A DNA stretch of 64,000 nucleotides from Marsupella aquatica (GCA_973895155.1 OZ316899.1:4281241-4345240); one strand, 5' to 3'. Shown: positions 35,146 through 49,500, counted from the first letter of the stretch. Numbers and translations are program-made. Notes: a model not told the origin generated them from the sequence alone.

Positions 35146-38100
35146 TGTGACACCGCCAGCACGGCAGTTAATGATTGATTCGGCCTAGCCGTGCTTAGCA
35201 CGCCCATTAGGGGCACCGTAGGCCGTAGTTATTAGCATAACGACACTAAGTAGGTAGTACTTATGACTAGGAAATCATTAGTTAATAAGGGGCATTTATG
35301 TTTGGGATGGCGGTGGAGCACCATTCATACTCCCGGGTTACAAGCGTGTAAGGGGACACTTCAGGTCCGTATAACAAATTCTTGGAGGCGGCTGCTGACA
35401 CGCTCTGAACCGGACCCGCGAGTGGCCAGTACACTTTGAGCATGAAAAGCTCGGCCTATAGGAAGGGAGGAGGGGCCAGTCAAACAATGAGCCCTCAGAG
35501 TATAAAAGGAGGGCCATTCTCTTGTATTACACCCACACTCCATTCCGCGCGACAGCTTTGATCTCAACCACTCCGTCCCTCCTTAGTCGCCCGCCACCAC
35601 TCCTGGATGTCTGTCACGATATTGTCCAGTTTGGCCCTTCAATTTTGGCTGCAATTCCTATACATAGGGAGTCACTTAGCCAAGTCCTTAGCCGAAATCA
35701 ACCCGCGCCAATGCGAGACCGAGCAAGCTTACGAGAGAGCCATTCCCTTAGCCGGCCGTAATCACTATAACGGCAGCTTTGACCTCCCATTTCAGAGTGA
35801 GCTTTGCCGAGATGACAAAATCAGCGAGTACTTCTTCGTCAACGAGAAGTACGTTGGGTTCTGGGAAGCGCTTCTTCGGCTTCCAGACAAGGTTTACCAT
35901 CTCCCGGGCACGATAAACTTGCAGCCGCACCACTATGACCATATCCCCGCCCAGGTTCAAGCCTCCATAGATAGTTAGTTTGGCCTTGTTCGAACAAGCT
36001 AGACTCCTATCTTAACGTCACTCAACTTCCCCAGGGACTTCCTGAATCTAATGGCGCCTCCCCCAGTTGCAACTGGCGCCCACCCATCCATGTCCGCGCC
36101 AACACCGCCTTGGCCTCAGCCAAGCCGATCTCTACCACCGGTCGCACCACCTCTCCAAGTATGATCTATGGTGAATGCGGTGAACATTAGTTCCAAAGAC
36201 GAGGAGGCCCATCCTCCCCTGAACCGGTGGCCTCGGGGTACAAATCAGCATGCGCCAGTCAACCCGACACCACTCCCACAAGTCCAAGGGGACAACACGG
36301 TGACTGTAGCTGCCCCCGCACCGTTACTCACAGCGGTAGCGCTACGGCCGCCCAATAGGGAGGATGGGGAATTGTCCCCCTCTTCAAGTCACCCCGAGAA
36401 TCAGTCTCGGGGAAGGAAGAGGAAGGAACCCACAACCATATCTAGGTTGCCGTTGGCCACGGTTGTGGTGGCCAAGCTGACCATGCATCACATGGGGGAG
36501 AATGTTCACAAGAATATCCTCCACCCCAAGCATGCATGCTACCTGAAGACCCAAGGGTTTGAGCACCTTGCCTCTCTCCCTTGGAATGGAAGCAAGTACT
36601 ACGGGAAGGATATGACGGAGTTCATTCAAAACTTTGACGAGGCCCGTCAACAAACCCGAGCGCACGGGAGAGTGATGTGTCTCAACGAGGCACGTTTGAA
36701 GATGATTTTTGGCCTACCCGAGGGGATAAACCGGCCAGAGTCGTGGGCTCCTAGGGGCAAGAGAGCTAAATACCAGTCCTCTAGCTTCCCAACCGAGGGA
36801 GCAGTGGACAATGGATTCTTGGTGAGGATGTGCCTCATCCCGGAGGTAGTAGAATGCCTGGAGTTCCAGCGGTATGCCCTCCACATGATGGAACCACGGG
36901 GCGAAATATCCGTCGTCCAGGTCATACAAGTAGAGAACTTTTGGCTTAGGAGGTGGGTGTCCTTCTTTGTCAAGAAGTTCCACAAGGAGATGGAGCAGAG
37001 AAGGAAGACCTTATACCTTGGCGGAAAGGCGTCCTTCGCGAGCCACATTGAGATCATCATCAAGTGGTACGCTTGTTTTGACCGCCAAAGCCTTCCCCAT
37101 AGCAACAAAACAGAATTGACTCCATCAAAGTGGGTATTCCTGGCTCAAGAGAGGCAACCACAGCCCGAAGCCCAAAGCCTGGCAGCCGCAGGACCTGCTT
37201 CCCCGGCCCCACAACCAGCCGCTACCACCCCGCCAAGCGTACCTGTGGATGCAGTTATCACAACCTTGGACGCGATCAACCGGGTCTGTGCAATCAAAGC
37301 CGGGCCGACTGAGGCCAGACCCAAATCCAATACTACGGTAGCCAAGGAGATCCCGCCACCCCCCACAGCTGTGCAGGAGAACCGCCCAGTGGAACCAGCC
37401 CCTTTGACCGACTTACCTCAAGGGCTGGATGTTTCCACTCCTACTCCCTCGCGGGCTGGGGTCTGCCCGTACCCGAATCCAGATGGACATAGTCTGGACC
37501 ATCCAAAACTCTTTGCGCCAGGCACATTTCTGAACGGGTTGTTGGGAGATTTCTCTCAACAAATCGCACGGGATACCGAGGAATACATGGCACGGAAGGT
37601 GGTCTACTTCTTCAACCAGGAGTTGGTTGCGGCTGTAAAGGCAGGACATGCGCAAGCTAAGATGGCGCAAAGAATAGAGCGGTACCGGGTTGAGTCTGTC
37701 TACCTGAAGGACAAAGTGGTGGCCCTAGAGACTGAACTCCAACAACTGCGGCCTCAGGTAACGGCCACAGAGGATCAGGTTGCCGAGGCCAGGGCCCGGG
37801 CAGCCTTAGCAGAGTAGGCCGGGCTTGGAAAGGACGCCAAGATCGCACGGCTCTGGACCAAGATTGACGGTTTGAAGGGACAAGCCGTCATTTGGCAGAA
37901 GGATTTGGAGGAAGCTGACTCTCGGTCTCAGCGAGATGCAGCCAAGATTGACACCCTGAAGACAAAGGTGGCGCGGCTTCAAGGAGAAGCCACGAAGCAG
38001 GCCCAATTGGTGGATAAGCTGACGAGCAACGTCCAGCAACTGGAGGAGGCATGCCAAGAGACCGCAGAGGAGACGGACGCGGCAAAGCAAGAGAACAAAT

Positions 38101-39095
38101 CTCTGTTGGATCAGGTCCAGCTACTCAAGCAGGATGCCAACAGGCTCAGGAGGCAACGAGATAGCCGCTCCCACTCGGGCGGCTCTGGCAAGCGTGCTAG
38201 GCATTAGTGGCGGAGTAGGATTCAAATAGAGTTAGGAGTAGCTAAATCGGGCTATAGGGACAAGCGCCTGCCCTAGTTAAAGCGCTGTTGCCATACTGTC
38301 CAGCCTGCGTAGATTAGAATCTTCTAATAAGACAAGCCATTTTCCGGCCTGACAACCAACTTAGTTAGGATCTTAGTTAGTGAATATTCTGGCTCAAGGC
38401 CACTCCGGTCCTCGGCCCTTAGTATTTAGTGCACCCCTTGGTAGAGGCAAGGGGGGTTTTTAGTCTCAGAGTTGGACATCCGCGGTATGTGCGGGGAGTC
38501 CCGACCTCTGTGAGTGAAAGAGTACCAAGGGGAGGGGGTAGGACTAAGCTCGCTGGGCAAGTACGGAGCCAGGCTCCATTGTAGTGTACACCCTCGACCT
38601 TGGACCTGTTCATTCAAGAGCTTTCGGGTCAACTAAGTGTTCGTGTATGTCCCCTATGTAGTAAAATCCTTTCCCATTATTTCCTTCGTGTAAATCAAGA
38701 TTGTATGCTTGTGTGTGTGTATATGTGTGAATCTCGTGTATGGGTGCCAACGCTTGGCCGAACGCACTACCCAAGCCGTGCACGGGGTGCAGCTTGCGGG
38801 TAAGTGGTTGCGAGCACGGGTTGAGTGACGGTATCATTGAATCCGGATCAAAGGCGGACAACACAAAGGCTTAGAAGCCCGTAAGCCAGGGTCGATCCCG
38901 CTATCGACTAAGGTACGTTCCGGCGGCGGAACACAAACCATACTTAGGGCGTAAGTAATAGTAGATGCACTTAGCGCTAGTTTACGTGAGTTATGTGCAT
39001 TTTGTGCTTCCCTCCCTGCCCAAACCCTCATATTTACAAAGGATGTGCCTGTCTTAGCCAAAGCCCGAGTTAAGGCCTAGGCTGACGACGTGACA
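35146..39095 (+). mobile_element. Solo LTR, family A (3,950 bp), inserted in the RT of its own family
   Basis: TGTGACA...CGTGACA termini; perfect TSD AGGCT. Confidence 0.93.
35607..38207 (+). pseudogene. Family A LTR-encoded protein (866 codons, one frame, in-frame stops; longest open part 36168-37817, 549 aa)
   Basis: ORF pieces 35607, 36168 and 37872 share a frame; colinear with 12096-14771. Confidence 0.88.
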
Positions 39096-42000
39096 AGGCT
39101 ACAATCAAATGTGGATCCGACTCTCAAATTAGCTTAAAACAACCTTTACCACGGAGTGGGGGACGTTCACATTTTGCAGAATGCCATTTGGTCTGTGTAA
39201 CGCCCGACCATGTTCCAGAGACTCATGATGAATATCTTCCATGATTTCCTACGGGAATTCCTAGAAATATTTATAGATGACTTTGCCATCTTTGGAACCA
39301 TCGCCATGCACCCCGAACATTTACGCTGTACGCTCCAACGATGCAAAGAGGTAAATTTAAAACTGCATCCGACAAAATGTTTTTTTGGAGTAGAGGAAGG
39401 GGTGTTACTCGGGCATCGTGTGTCTAAACGGGGTATCAAGGTAGACCAAGAGGAGGTTGCAACGTGGATGGCTGTTGTGTTCCCTATGGATCAAAAAGCC
39501 GTATGGTCGTTCCTAGGCTATGTAGGGTACTATCGCCGATTCATCAAAGATTTTGCTAAAATTGCATTACCCCTAACGGAGATGATGAAAAAGGATGCAG
39601 TGATCATAGACACCCCAAAGACGTGTAGCTGTTGAGGAATTCCAACGCCGACTCATCACGACACCCATCACGGTAACCCCAGATTGGAATAAGGAATTCC
39701 ATGTGTATGTTGATGTTTCGGGGTTTTGCATCGGGTCCGTACTAAGCTAGATGGACAAGGACGGTCGCAACCATCCCATCTATTTTGCTAGTCGTCAGCT
39801 ATTTACGGCCAAGAAAAATTATTCCCCCATCGATCGAGAAGCTCTAGGCATTATCTACTCGTGTAAGAAGTTCCAGCACTACTTGCTCGGATATAAAGTC
39901 ATTGTCCATACGGATCATGATAGCTTGAAATATATGGTGAACAAAGTAGACATCACGGGGCGGATAGCCAGGTGGGTACTACTCTTACAAGAGTTTAACT
40001 ACAAGGTACAAGTTTGGCCGTGGAAGGCACACTTCAACGCCAATTTCTTTTCAAGACTGGATGGCGTACCCGTAGATCAGCCTATTAGCGATACTTTTCC
40101 AGATGAGGAATTATTCCATGTAACGTGGTACGGACCGCTTATTACCTTCCTCCTAACAGGCCGCATACCCGATGGAATCAATCTGGAGGCCGCCGCCGTA
40201 TTCTTACAAAAGGCCGGGCCATATGTGATGATACAGGGCCACTTACACAAAGAGGGAGTTAATGGGAAGCTACGGTGCTGCCTTGAATACAAGGAAACGC
40301 TCATCGTTATGCGGGCCCTACACAAAGAAGAAACTGGGGGCCATTTTGTGGCCATCACTACTGCTCGTAAGATCTTGGATTTGGGGTATTGGTGGCCGAC
40401 ATTACATCAGGATGTGCAACGCTTTATTAAAGGGTGCGATTTATGTCAACGGGCTGGTGCCCCAAGGAAAGCCCACAATTACCCACTCACCTCCGTACTT
40501 CCACTTGCACCATTCGAGAAGTGGGGCATTGATTACATTGGGCCTTTCACTCCGGTTACCCAAAGACGCAGGTGCAGGTACATCCTACTAGCCATAGACT
40601 ACTCCACCAAATGGGTGGAAGTGTGAGCAACAGTGAAGGATGATGCCGCTACCAACGCCAGGTTCTTGTATGAGCAGATCTTCACTCGCTTCAGACCTCC
40701 CTTGGAGTTAGTCAGCGATCGGGGAACGCATTTCATCAATGAAACAGTAGAGCGCCTCACAAAATGATACCTGGTCAAGCACCGCAAGACCACCCCGTAC
40801 CATCCAAAGGCCAATGGACTGACGGAGAGGGCGAATGGCATCATTGGGAAGATCCTCAACAAAACAGTAGCCGCGCACAAAACAGATGGGGATGACAAAT
40901 TGTACGCCGCTGTGTATTTGTACAACTTGGCCTACAAGACTACTACCAGTCACAGTCCGTACTTTCTCATGTTTGGACAACACTCATTGGTGCCGGTCAA
41001 GTTTGAAATTCACACACCACGGGTAAGTATCTGGGACTGCTTACCCAAGCCCGAAAGTTCTTCGGACAGAGCTTACCAAATCAAAGCAATAGAGGAAACC
41101 CAAGTACTAGCTGCCCGACATGCAGTGAAGCAACAGGCAGTTTCCAAGAAGCAGCACGACAAAGGACTACAAAACATCAACATCGTAACAGGCAACCTTT
41201 TTCTTTTGTACGATAGTAGGTACATGCAATTTCCTAGGAAGCTGCATACTCGCTGGTTGGGACCTTTTCTCGTCAGTCAAATTTACCCGAATGGCTCCAT
41301 TGAGCTCGCAACGTACGTCGGCAATTTACTTCCCACGCGAGTTAGTTACGATCGTGTGAAGAAGTACCATCATCAAGATGATACCACCAATAGCGATGTT
41401 TGCGAGGACCCTTCACAGTTTAGTAGGGAGCTATGTGACGCCGCCAGCACGGCGGTAATGAGTGATCCGGTCTAATCCGTGCTTAGTGCCTGCGCGCTAA
41501 GGACATAGTAGTCCGTAATAATTAGCATGACGACACTAAAATAGGTAGTAACCACGACTAGGACATCATTAGTCAATAAGGAGCATTTACGCTCGGGCTG
41601 GCAGCGGAGCACCATTCATACCCCGGGTCACAAGCATGTAGGGATGCACCCTTTGGTCCGTATAATAAATCAAGGGGGTGGCTTGCTGACACGCTCTTAC
41701 CCGGACCTGCGGAGTGGCCGGTACACTGCAAGCGTGAAAGGATCAGCCTATCAAAAGGAGGAAGGGACCGTTTGGCCAACGAGCCCTCGGGGTGTAAAAG
41801 GCGGGCCATTCTCTTGTGAAGCACCACCACTTCACCCTTCGCGCCAACTTTGATCCCAACTTACTCGTTTGCTCCTTAGTCACCCACCGTCGTTCCTTGT
41901 ATGTCTGTCATGATTATGTCCAGTTCTGCCCTTTGATTTGGCTTCAATTTCTATCCATTGGAAATCATTTAGCGAAGTCGCTGGCCGAGGTCAACCCGCG

Positions 42001-43599
42001 CCGGTACAAAACCAAAAGGTAGTACAAATGACTCATCCACCTAGTCGGGCGCTCTCACTGTAACGGAGATTTCAGCCTCCCGTTCCAGAGCAAGCTTTGT
42101 CGTGTCGACGAGATCTCCAAATACTTCTTTGATGGCCCAAAGTACGTTGGTTTCCAAGAAGCACTCCTTTGGCTTCCGGATAAGGTCTTCACACCTCCGG
42201 GCATGATTGACTTACAATGACACCACTTCAATCATATCCCCGTCAAAGTCCAGGCTTCCATAGACTATCAGTTTGGTACCGTAGCTACGTGCAAGACATC
42301 TATCCTAACCTCACTCGGCTTCCCCTCAGACTTGCTGAATTATATGGCGCCTCTTCCAGCTACAACCGTTGCCAACTCATCGGTGCCTGCGCCAACACCA
42401 CCTTGCCTCAGCCAAGCCAATCTCCACCACCGGTTGCACCACCCCTCCGGGTGTGATCCATGGTAAATGTGGTGAATATCAGTTCCAAAGACGAGGAAGC
42501 TCACCCTCCCCTGAACCGGCAACCTCGAGGTGCAAATCAGCATGCGCCGAGCAACCCAGCACCACTCACACAAGCTCGGGTGGACGACACGGTGACAATA
42601 GCAGCCCCAGCACCAGTGCTTAGGTCGGTAGCGCTGCCACCGCCCGATAGAGAGGATGGGGAGATGTCCCCCTCTTCAAGTCACCCCGAGAACCAGTCTT
42701 GGGGTAGGAAGAGAAAGGAACCCGAAGCCGTATCCGGGCTGCCTTTGGCCATGGTTGCGATGTCCAAGCTGACCATGCATCGCATAGGGGAGAATGTCCA
42801 CGAGAACATCCTCCACCCAAAGCATGCATGCTACCTGCAGACCCAAGGGTTTGAGCACCTCGCCTCTCTCCCTTGGAATGGAAGCAGGTACTACGGGCAG
42901 GACATGACGAAGTTCATCCAGAACTTCGACGAAGCCGCCAACAAACCCAAGCGCATGGGAGAGTGATGTCCCTCAATGAGGCACGTCTTAAGATGATCTT
43001 CGGCCTACCCTAAGGAATAAATCGGGTGGAATCATGGGCTCCCAGGGGCAAGGGAGCCAAGTATCAGTCCTCTAGCTTCTCGGCCGAGGGAGCAGTGGAC
43101 AACGGATTCTTGATGAGGACATGCCTCATCCTGGAGGTAGCAGAATGGCTGGAGTTCCAGCGTTATGCCCTCCACATGATGGAACTAAGGGGAAAAATAT
43201 CCGCCACCCAGGTCATCCAGGTCGAGAACTACCGGTGTCGTGCCAAAAGATTTTGGCTCAGGAATGGCTTTTATAGGGGATGATGGGCGAGGCCTCCCGG
43301 TTAGGTTGTGTGCATGCTGACTCGGAGGGGCTGCTTGGTTGGATGGATTGAGGTTTGGTGATTGGGTGACTCGTCGTCACCAGGTTTGGTGTTTGGGTGA
43401 GTCACCAGGCTTGGAGTTTGGATGAGCCTCACTGCTGGAAGCTGGCTTAGGCTCGATGGTTGGGTTTCCGATGCTACTTAAGACTTGAGCCTCGGCTCAT
43501 TGAGGTTGGCGGTTATCTATTGAGATTTGTTGAGTTGCGCTCTGTGAGTTCCGCTCCATTCTGCGGAACTCAACTGTTGTGCGACGGTTTTGAAGTTCT

Positions 43600-43755
43600 G
43601 AGTGAGTTTTTGATCCAGGTGGGGAGTTTTTGATCCAGGCAGGGAATTTCTTGAGTTTGGAGTATCGTTGATCCAGACGGGGATTTCTCAAGTTTGGAGT
43701 CTTGTCAATCCAGGCGAGGATTTCTCGAGTTTGGAGCCTTGTTGGTCCAGGCCCG
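43600..43755 (+). repeat. ~36-bp tandem repeat array inside the LTR (also about 50365-50515)
   Basis: Units of the form GATCCAGGC..GGA.TTCTCGAGTTTGGAG.. repeated about four times, with shorter units upstream. Confidence 0.7.
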
Positions 43756-44086
43756 AGTTCCGTGCGAGCTGTTTTAGACTAGTGGAGTAGCTAGTCAAGT
43801 TTTTGGTTTTGTGAGCTAAGGAGGATAGTTTTCCCGTCAGATTTTGAGTAGTTAGTCACTCGAGGAGTTCTACTCGACAAGTTAGAGGTAGCGGCCCGCC
43901 GTAGGGCCAGCTACCAGACTCTTGTAGGCAAGCTTACTCGAGGGCACCTATTGTAACCTTTATGAGAAAAGTAAAAAATATAAAGGAGTGAGAGTTTGCT
44001 CTGAAAAGTGCTTGTCACCTGTCCCAATTGCAGCCAGAAACGCGTAGTTTGCCCAAGGAGCCCCTAACTTTAAGTCCTTGTGACAT

Positions 44087-44108
44087 TGGCGACCATACTG
44101 GGGAGTCC
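44087..44108 (+). promoter_or_regulatory. PBS, probably tRNA-Arg type (TGGCGACCATACTGGGGAGTCC)
   Basis: One base after the LTR end; resembles the complement of a tRNA-Arg(UCG) 3' end (recalled, imperfect). Confidence 0.5.
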
Positions 44109-44126
44109 TTGGGGCGATTGGATGAG

Positions 44127-46554
44127 ATGGGTGACTATGACAAAGTCGATCGGATATTGAGCATCGTCATGTCAATAATGAGAACCATAAGGAAGGAAGA
44201 GCTTGAGTCGGAAAGGGCAAACAGGGAAGCGAATAGAACTACTCGGTGTCTCTAAGAGGTTTTGAAGGACAATGGGCAGTTCGATGGGAGAAATGTGACA
44301 AGCTACCTTAAGTCTTACTTGATAGAAGCAGCTGTCTACAAGTTGGACAAAGGGACAGCCGTGAAAGAGTTCATGGTGCTGGTTGAGAAGGAGTTGAGTT
44401 CGACGGTGCAGACCATCGTTGAGTCAACTGAGGGCTGGGATGACTTCGACCAGAAGATGAAAGAGGAGTTCCAAGCGGAGGATGCTGATCGGGTCACGTA
44501 GGCTACCTTCTTGGATTGGGTGAATGACAGGAACAAGAAGCTGAACGGGCCGCAAGAGCTCCTAAGGGAGTTCAAGAGAAGGGTGTCTCAGTTACCAAAG
44601 TGGGATGTGGGAATCATCGAGTTGCAACGCTCAACGCTCTTCTTGAGGGCAGCTGATGAGGACCTTCGAGATGAGCTTGAGAACGCGATGGAGCTGCTGG
44701 AACCTTCGAGAGTTACCTTGTCTAACGACTGGAACCAAGTTGAGAAGGTGGTGTTGAAAGTGAGCAATCAACACCGGCGGCGATAGCTAGACAAGGAGGC
44801 TACCACTCTCAACCTAAGGCCGCCGGAACCGATATTGAGGAAAGGGAAGCAAGAACCAGCAAAGGATGAGATCAAACCATCGGTGGATGATCTCGCAAAA
44901 ATGATGCAAAACCTGAAGATCTTGGCGGCACATGCGGTCGAGAATCCAAAACCGAGGGTTGCGAGTGCTCCCGAGAGGAAGCGAGAAGATGCAGAGTTGA
45001 CCATGCATGTGGTGCGATAGCAAAGAGCATGAAAAATGGGAGTGCCTGGACCTGAGGGAAGCTGCGGATAAAGGGCTGATCAAGTTCATCGGTGAAGTTG
45101 GTTAGAAAAAGATATCGTTTGCCGATACTGAGGAGCCGATTCCATTCAACTCCAACAAGGGAGGCATGAAGGCTTTGGCTGAGAAGCAAGTTGGGAAGCA
45201 AGTCAAAGAGGCGTCCTCTTCGCACCTGGAAGCAAATTTTTACAATGTGGAGTTGGATGGCCCCATGACGGAAACAGACAAGTTTTACAAGCGCTTGGCG
45301 GATCTGGTGCGAGAGAGATCCGGATGGAGTGACCCGATGTTGATCAATGCAATAACGGTTGAGGTTGGGGCTAGTTGGGATGCCTTGGTCAAGTCAAAAA
45401 GGAAGAAAACCGACGAGGATGACACTCCGTCTCAATCAGGGGAACGAGAGAGGCGGGATACGTGAGACAAGGAAAGGAGGGTTAGGTTCGAAGAAGAGGA
45501 AATGAGCGAGAAAGAGCCAGAGAAAGGGAAACCGATCAGGAAGGACCCAGGCTGGGTGCTTGGCAGGGACGTGGACCAGACCATGTACCCGGAGGTTGTA
45601 GCTGAGAAGTTCTAGAGCCAACAAGCTCAAGGGTTTACCAATGCCGAGTTCTTTGGCAGTATGAGGCGGGAGATCCAGGAAGCGATCTTGGAGAGATCCA
45701 AGAGGAAACGGATTTACAAAGAGGGCCCTCACACCTTGATGGGGGAGGCTGGCGAGACAGAAATTGGGAGTTTCCGAACTTACACTGCTGGGGTGTCCAT
45801 GGGTTCAGGTAGTAAGCTTGCTGGCCCCGAAGAGTCAGACTTGGGGGAACCAAAGAGGGTCAAGTCCCTTGAAGAGGAGCTCATGAACTTGGACGATGAG
45901 TTCTTCGATGCGGAAGAGGAGCTCATGGGAACCGGAAGCGAAGCTGAGTCTGTGGCAAACAGGGACCCGACCAAAGGGGGAGAACGGGAAAGCATTACCG
46001 CGCAGTCGAGGACCATTCATGTCATGGGCTCAATGAAAGGAAACGGTTATGCTTACCGAGATGGATATTGGGCTCGAGCAAGTCCAGAGAGCGAGTGCCA
46101 ATTGGAAGGAATGGAAGGCAAGGTGCGGGCGCTCATTGATACTGGCTCGGAGATCAACTTGATGGATCCAAAGGTGTTTCAAAAGGGGAATTGGCCGGTG
46201 GACAATGAGTTGCTTTGAAGTGTGAACTCGGTGAGTTCAATGAAGGACTATCTTTGGGGCGGATGTCCGAATGTGATGGTGAAGTTCGGGAATGTCAAGC
46301 AGGCTTGTAACATTTTTGTTCATGAGCACTTGTCATTTCCGGTGATACTAGGCATGTCGTTCATCACTGAATGGAGGATGGAGACGAAGGTTCTGGATGA
46401 TACTACCTTCATGGTGAAGGTTTGGAGCAAAGATGGGAAAGAGGTGGTTCAATTTCCGGCTGTTTTACCTGGAAATGAGAGGAATAGGAAAGGGTTGAGG
46501 ATTGAGAGTGCCGACTCTGGTCCAGGTCCGGAAAATGACTTGGCACTTTGCTGA
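44127..46554 (+). pseudogene. gag: gag (CCHC knuckle) and protease of the fungal-type gypsy, decayed
   Basis: FDGRNVTSYL; CMWCDSKEHEKWEC near 45003 after a frameshift; ALIDTGSEINLM; multiple stops. Confidence 0.8.
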
Positions 46555-49500
46555 AAAGAGTGGATCGGCGGAGTGCTCGTTCCTTACCTCCTTGTGAAGG
46601 GGAAAACACGATGGATAATGGAGAGGAAGAGCCACTCGAATGTGCGGAGTCTAACCTGGGAAGGGACAAGCTAGAGAAGGAGTTGGAAAGGCAGTACTCG
46701 TCTATGGCCGTGCTTGTATACTTGAGTACCAAATACAAGACGGTCGACAAGAAAGTTAGGCCGGCGGCGATACCTTTTCCAGACGATGCGATGGAGGTTA
46801 TGGATCGAGCAAGATTGGAACCAAGGCTGAGGCCAACTGATCGGATAGGGCATAAGTTTACTCAAGAGAGTTTGGCAAAGATGAAGATTGGTTTGGATGG
46901 GTTACTTACAGAGGTGGAGCAAGTGGCATTTCAAAAACTGATAATGGAGCATGGCAAGGCATTCTTGTTTTCGATTGAGGAGATTGGTTGTGCAAATCCA
47001 AGTAAGGTGACACCGATGGTCATCTTTACTGTCCCTCATGTTCCGTGGGATCTGAAACCAATTTTGGTTCCGCGGGCTTTAGCTCCAAAGCTTGCAGAAC
47101 TGCTTAAGGAGAAGCTGAGTGCTAGGATTCTCGAGAGGTCTGATGCTCCCTACTCGAACAGATGGTTTACGATGAGAAAGAAGAATGGAAGCTTGAGGTT
47201 CATTCAGGATATGCAACCTCCGAACAAGGTGACCATCAGGAATGTGGGAGTTGGGCCACTCGTGGATGAGTTTGCGGAGGAGTTCGCTGGGAGGGCGATC
47301 TACTCCATGGGTGATTTGTTTTTGGGTTACGACCAGTTCCAGTTGGCGCAAGAGAGCCGAGACATTACGACTATGAGGACCCCGTTGGGCCTCTTGAGGA
47401 TGTGCACTCTTCCTCAAGGGACGACGAACTCAGTTGCGCACATGCAAAATGCGATGAGTAAAATCTTGGAGCCATTCATTCCGGAAAAAGCGAGACCGTT
47501 CATTGATGATGTCCCAATAAAGGGGTGCTTGGCGAAAGGGAAGGATGAGACCTTGAGGAGTGATGGGATCTGGCAGTTTGTGTGGGATCACATTGCGGAT
47601 GTTAAGGCGGTTCTCGAGAAGCTGATTGGTGTGGGAGTCACTCTTTCGGGGGAGAAGTCTGAATTCGGGATGAAAGAGGTGAAAGTCGTTGGGCAAATGT
47701 GCGGATCCTATGGAAGGAAGCTGGACATGGATAAGGTGAGAGCTATTAGCAAGATGAAGGATTGCGAATCGGTGCCAGAAGTTTGGAGGTTTCTGGGTGC
47801 CTGTGTCTTTTACAAGATCTGGATCCCTCACTTCTCACACCTGGCGGACCCGCTCTATGAGCTGTTGAGGAAAAAGGTTAAGTGGAGATGGCTACCCAAG
47901 CATAGTGAAGCAATGGCTAAGCTTAAGAGCGCTCTCATGAGCCTGCCAGTTCTCCGAGCTGCGGACTATGAGAGCGGGCAACCACTGATCATGACTGTTG
48001 ATGCGAGTTCGTTCGCAGCCGGGTGGGCTATTGGGCAAGATGACGAGAATGGGGAAAGGTATGCAATCAGATTTGGGGAAAAAAAATTTATGGAAAGGCA
48101 AAGGAGATATGCCCAAGTTAAGAGGGAGCTTTGGGGTGCCAAGGTGGCACTCCATCAGGAGAGGAACTATTTGATTGGGGCGCCAGTGGTGGTTGAGACT
48201 GATTGCCAATCGCTGCTGGGGATGATTACGAATTGTGACACTTATAACATAGCCATACTCAGGTGTATCGCTTTCATTCGGATGTTCAACCCTGAGCTAA
48301 GTCACATTGCGGGAAAGGATAATCCGGTTGCCGACATGCTGTCAAGGGCGAGATTCAGAAATGAGGTAGCAACTAGAGTTGGCGAGGTGACCGGAACCAA
48401 AAGTGTTGGAAGTCTAGAGTTCAAGGAAGAACTCTACTCGGGAGAGTTGTTGGATATCGGGCGTTACATTAGCACTTTGGAGAAGCAACCAGAGTGGAGT
48501 TACCAGGAGTTTGTCAAGATCCGGAAGAGATCTTACAAGTTCCTATTGAGGGAGGGCTACTTGTGGCGAAGGCATAAGGACCCAAGTCAGTTGTTGCAGA
48601 GGGTTGTGGATACTAAGGATGAGAAAGACCAAATTCTCAAAGAGAGCCATGATGCTGACATGGCTGGGCAAAACAGGGTGCATTCGACTTACGAGAGGGT
48701 TCAGAAGCTGTACTGGTGGCCAGGTTTATACTTGGCCGTTCGAGACTATGTCGAGACTTGCGAGATTTTCCAGTTTTACTCGAGGATCCGACATAGGGAT
48801 GGATTGGTTCCGACTTATCCCGTGCCTCTACACTTTCAATGGGCTGTTGATGTGGTGTACATGCCGAGAGAGAGGAATGGGGCGAGATACTTGGTTTTGG
48901 CGAGAGAAGACTTGTCTTCTTATGTGGAAGGGAGAGCGTTGGTTTCGAACACTACTGCTGCCATTTGCCAGTTCATACTTGAGGATATCATTGCAAGGCA
49001 TGGGTGCTTTACAAGGATCAGGGCTGATAGGGGGGAGCTCAGCTCCAAGGAAGTGCAAGAGTTTTTCGACCAATATTGCATCAAACTGAAGCTGACTTCG
49101 AGTTACAATCCGGAAGGCAATGGGAAATCTGAAAGGGGGCACATCCAGATTGTGGGCGCTTTGGCTAAGGCTTGTGATGGGGACTTGTGCAGGTGGTTGA
49201 GTCTCTTTCCACTTGCTCTGTTAGCGGATCAAATGACTTGTAGCTCAGTGACCGGATACGTTCCGGCTGAGCTACTTACTAGGCACTTGCCGATGATGCC
49301 ACTCGAGGAAGATGTTTGCAGCTGGCGACTGATCGGATGGAAAGATGAAGTTTTGAGAGAGGAGTTGCTGGCTCGAAGGATCAAACACTTCAACTTGTTA
49401 CCCGCAAAGATTGAGGTGGCTCGGAAGCAATTGAAGATGGCGAGGTTAAGGAACAAGGGCAAGTTTGACAGGACTCATCGATTGAGGCCTATCTTGGTTA

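Larger units (their letters stand above)
34767..41400 (+). pseudogene. pol: RT-RNase H-integrase of the Athila-like element, split by the solo LTR at 35146-39095
   Basis: FLDEYSG|YNQMW across the insertion; IFIDDF; YFASRQL; GGHF...GYWWPTLHQD...C..CQR; WGIDYIGPF; WLGPF near the end. Confidence 0.9.

Noticed and set aside
43600-43755. ~36-bp repeats as a possible CRISPR array
   Set aside because: The units are adjacent with no unique spacers, lie inside a eukaryotic LTR, and no cas genes are present.
46530-46560. Programmed frameshift between protease and RT in the fungal-type gypsy
   Set aside because: No slippery heptamer is visible and the overlap is about 10 nt; a decay indel is simpler given the other lesions in gag.
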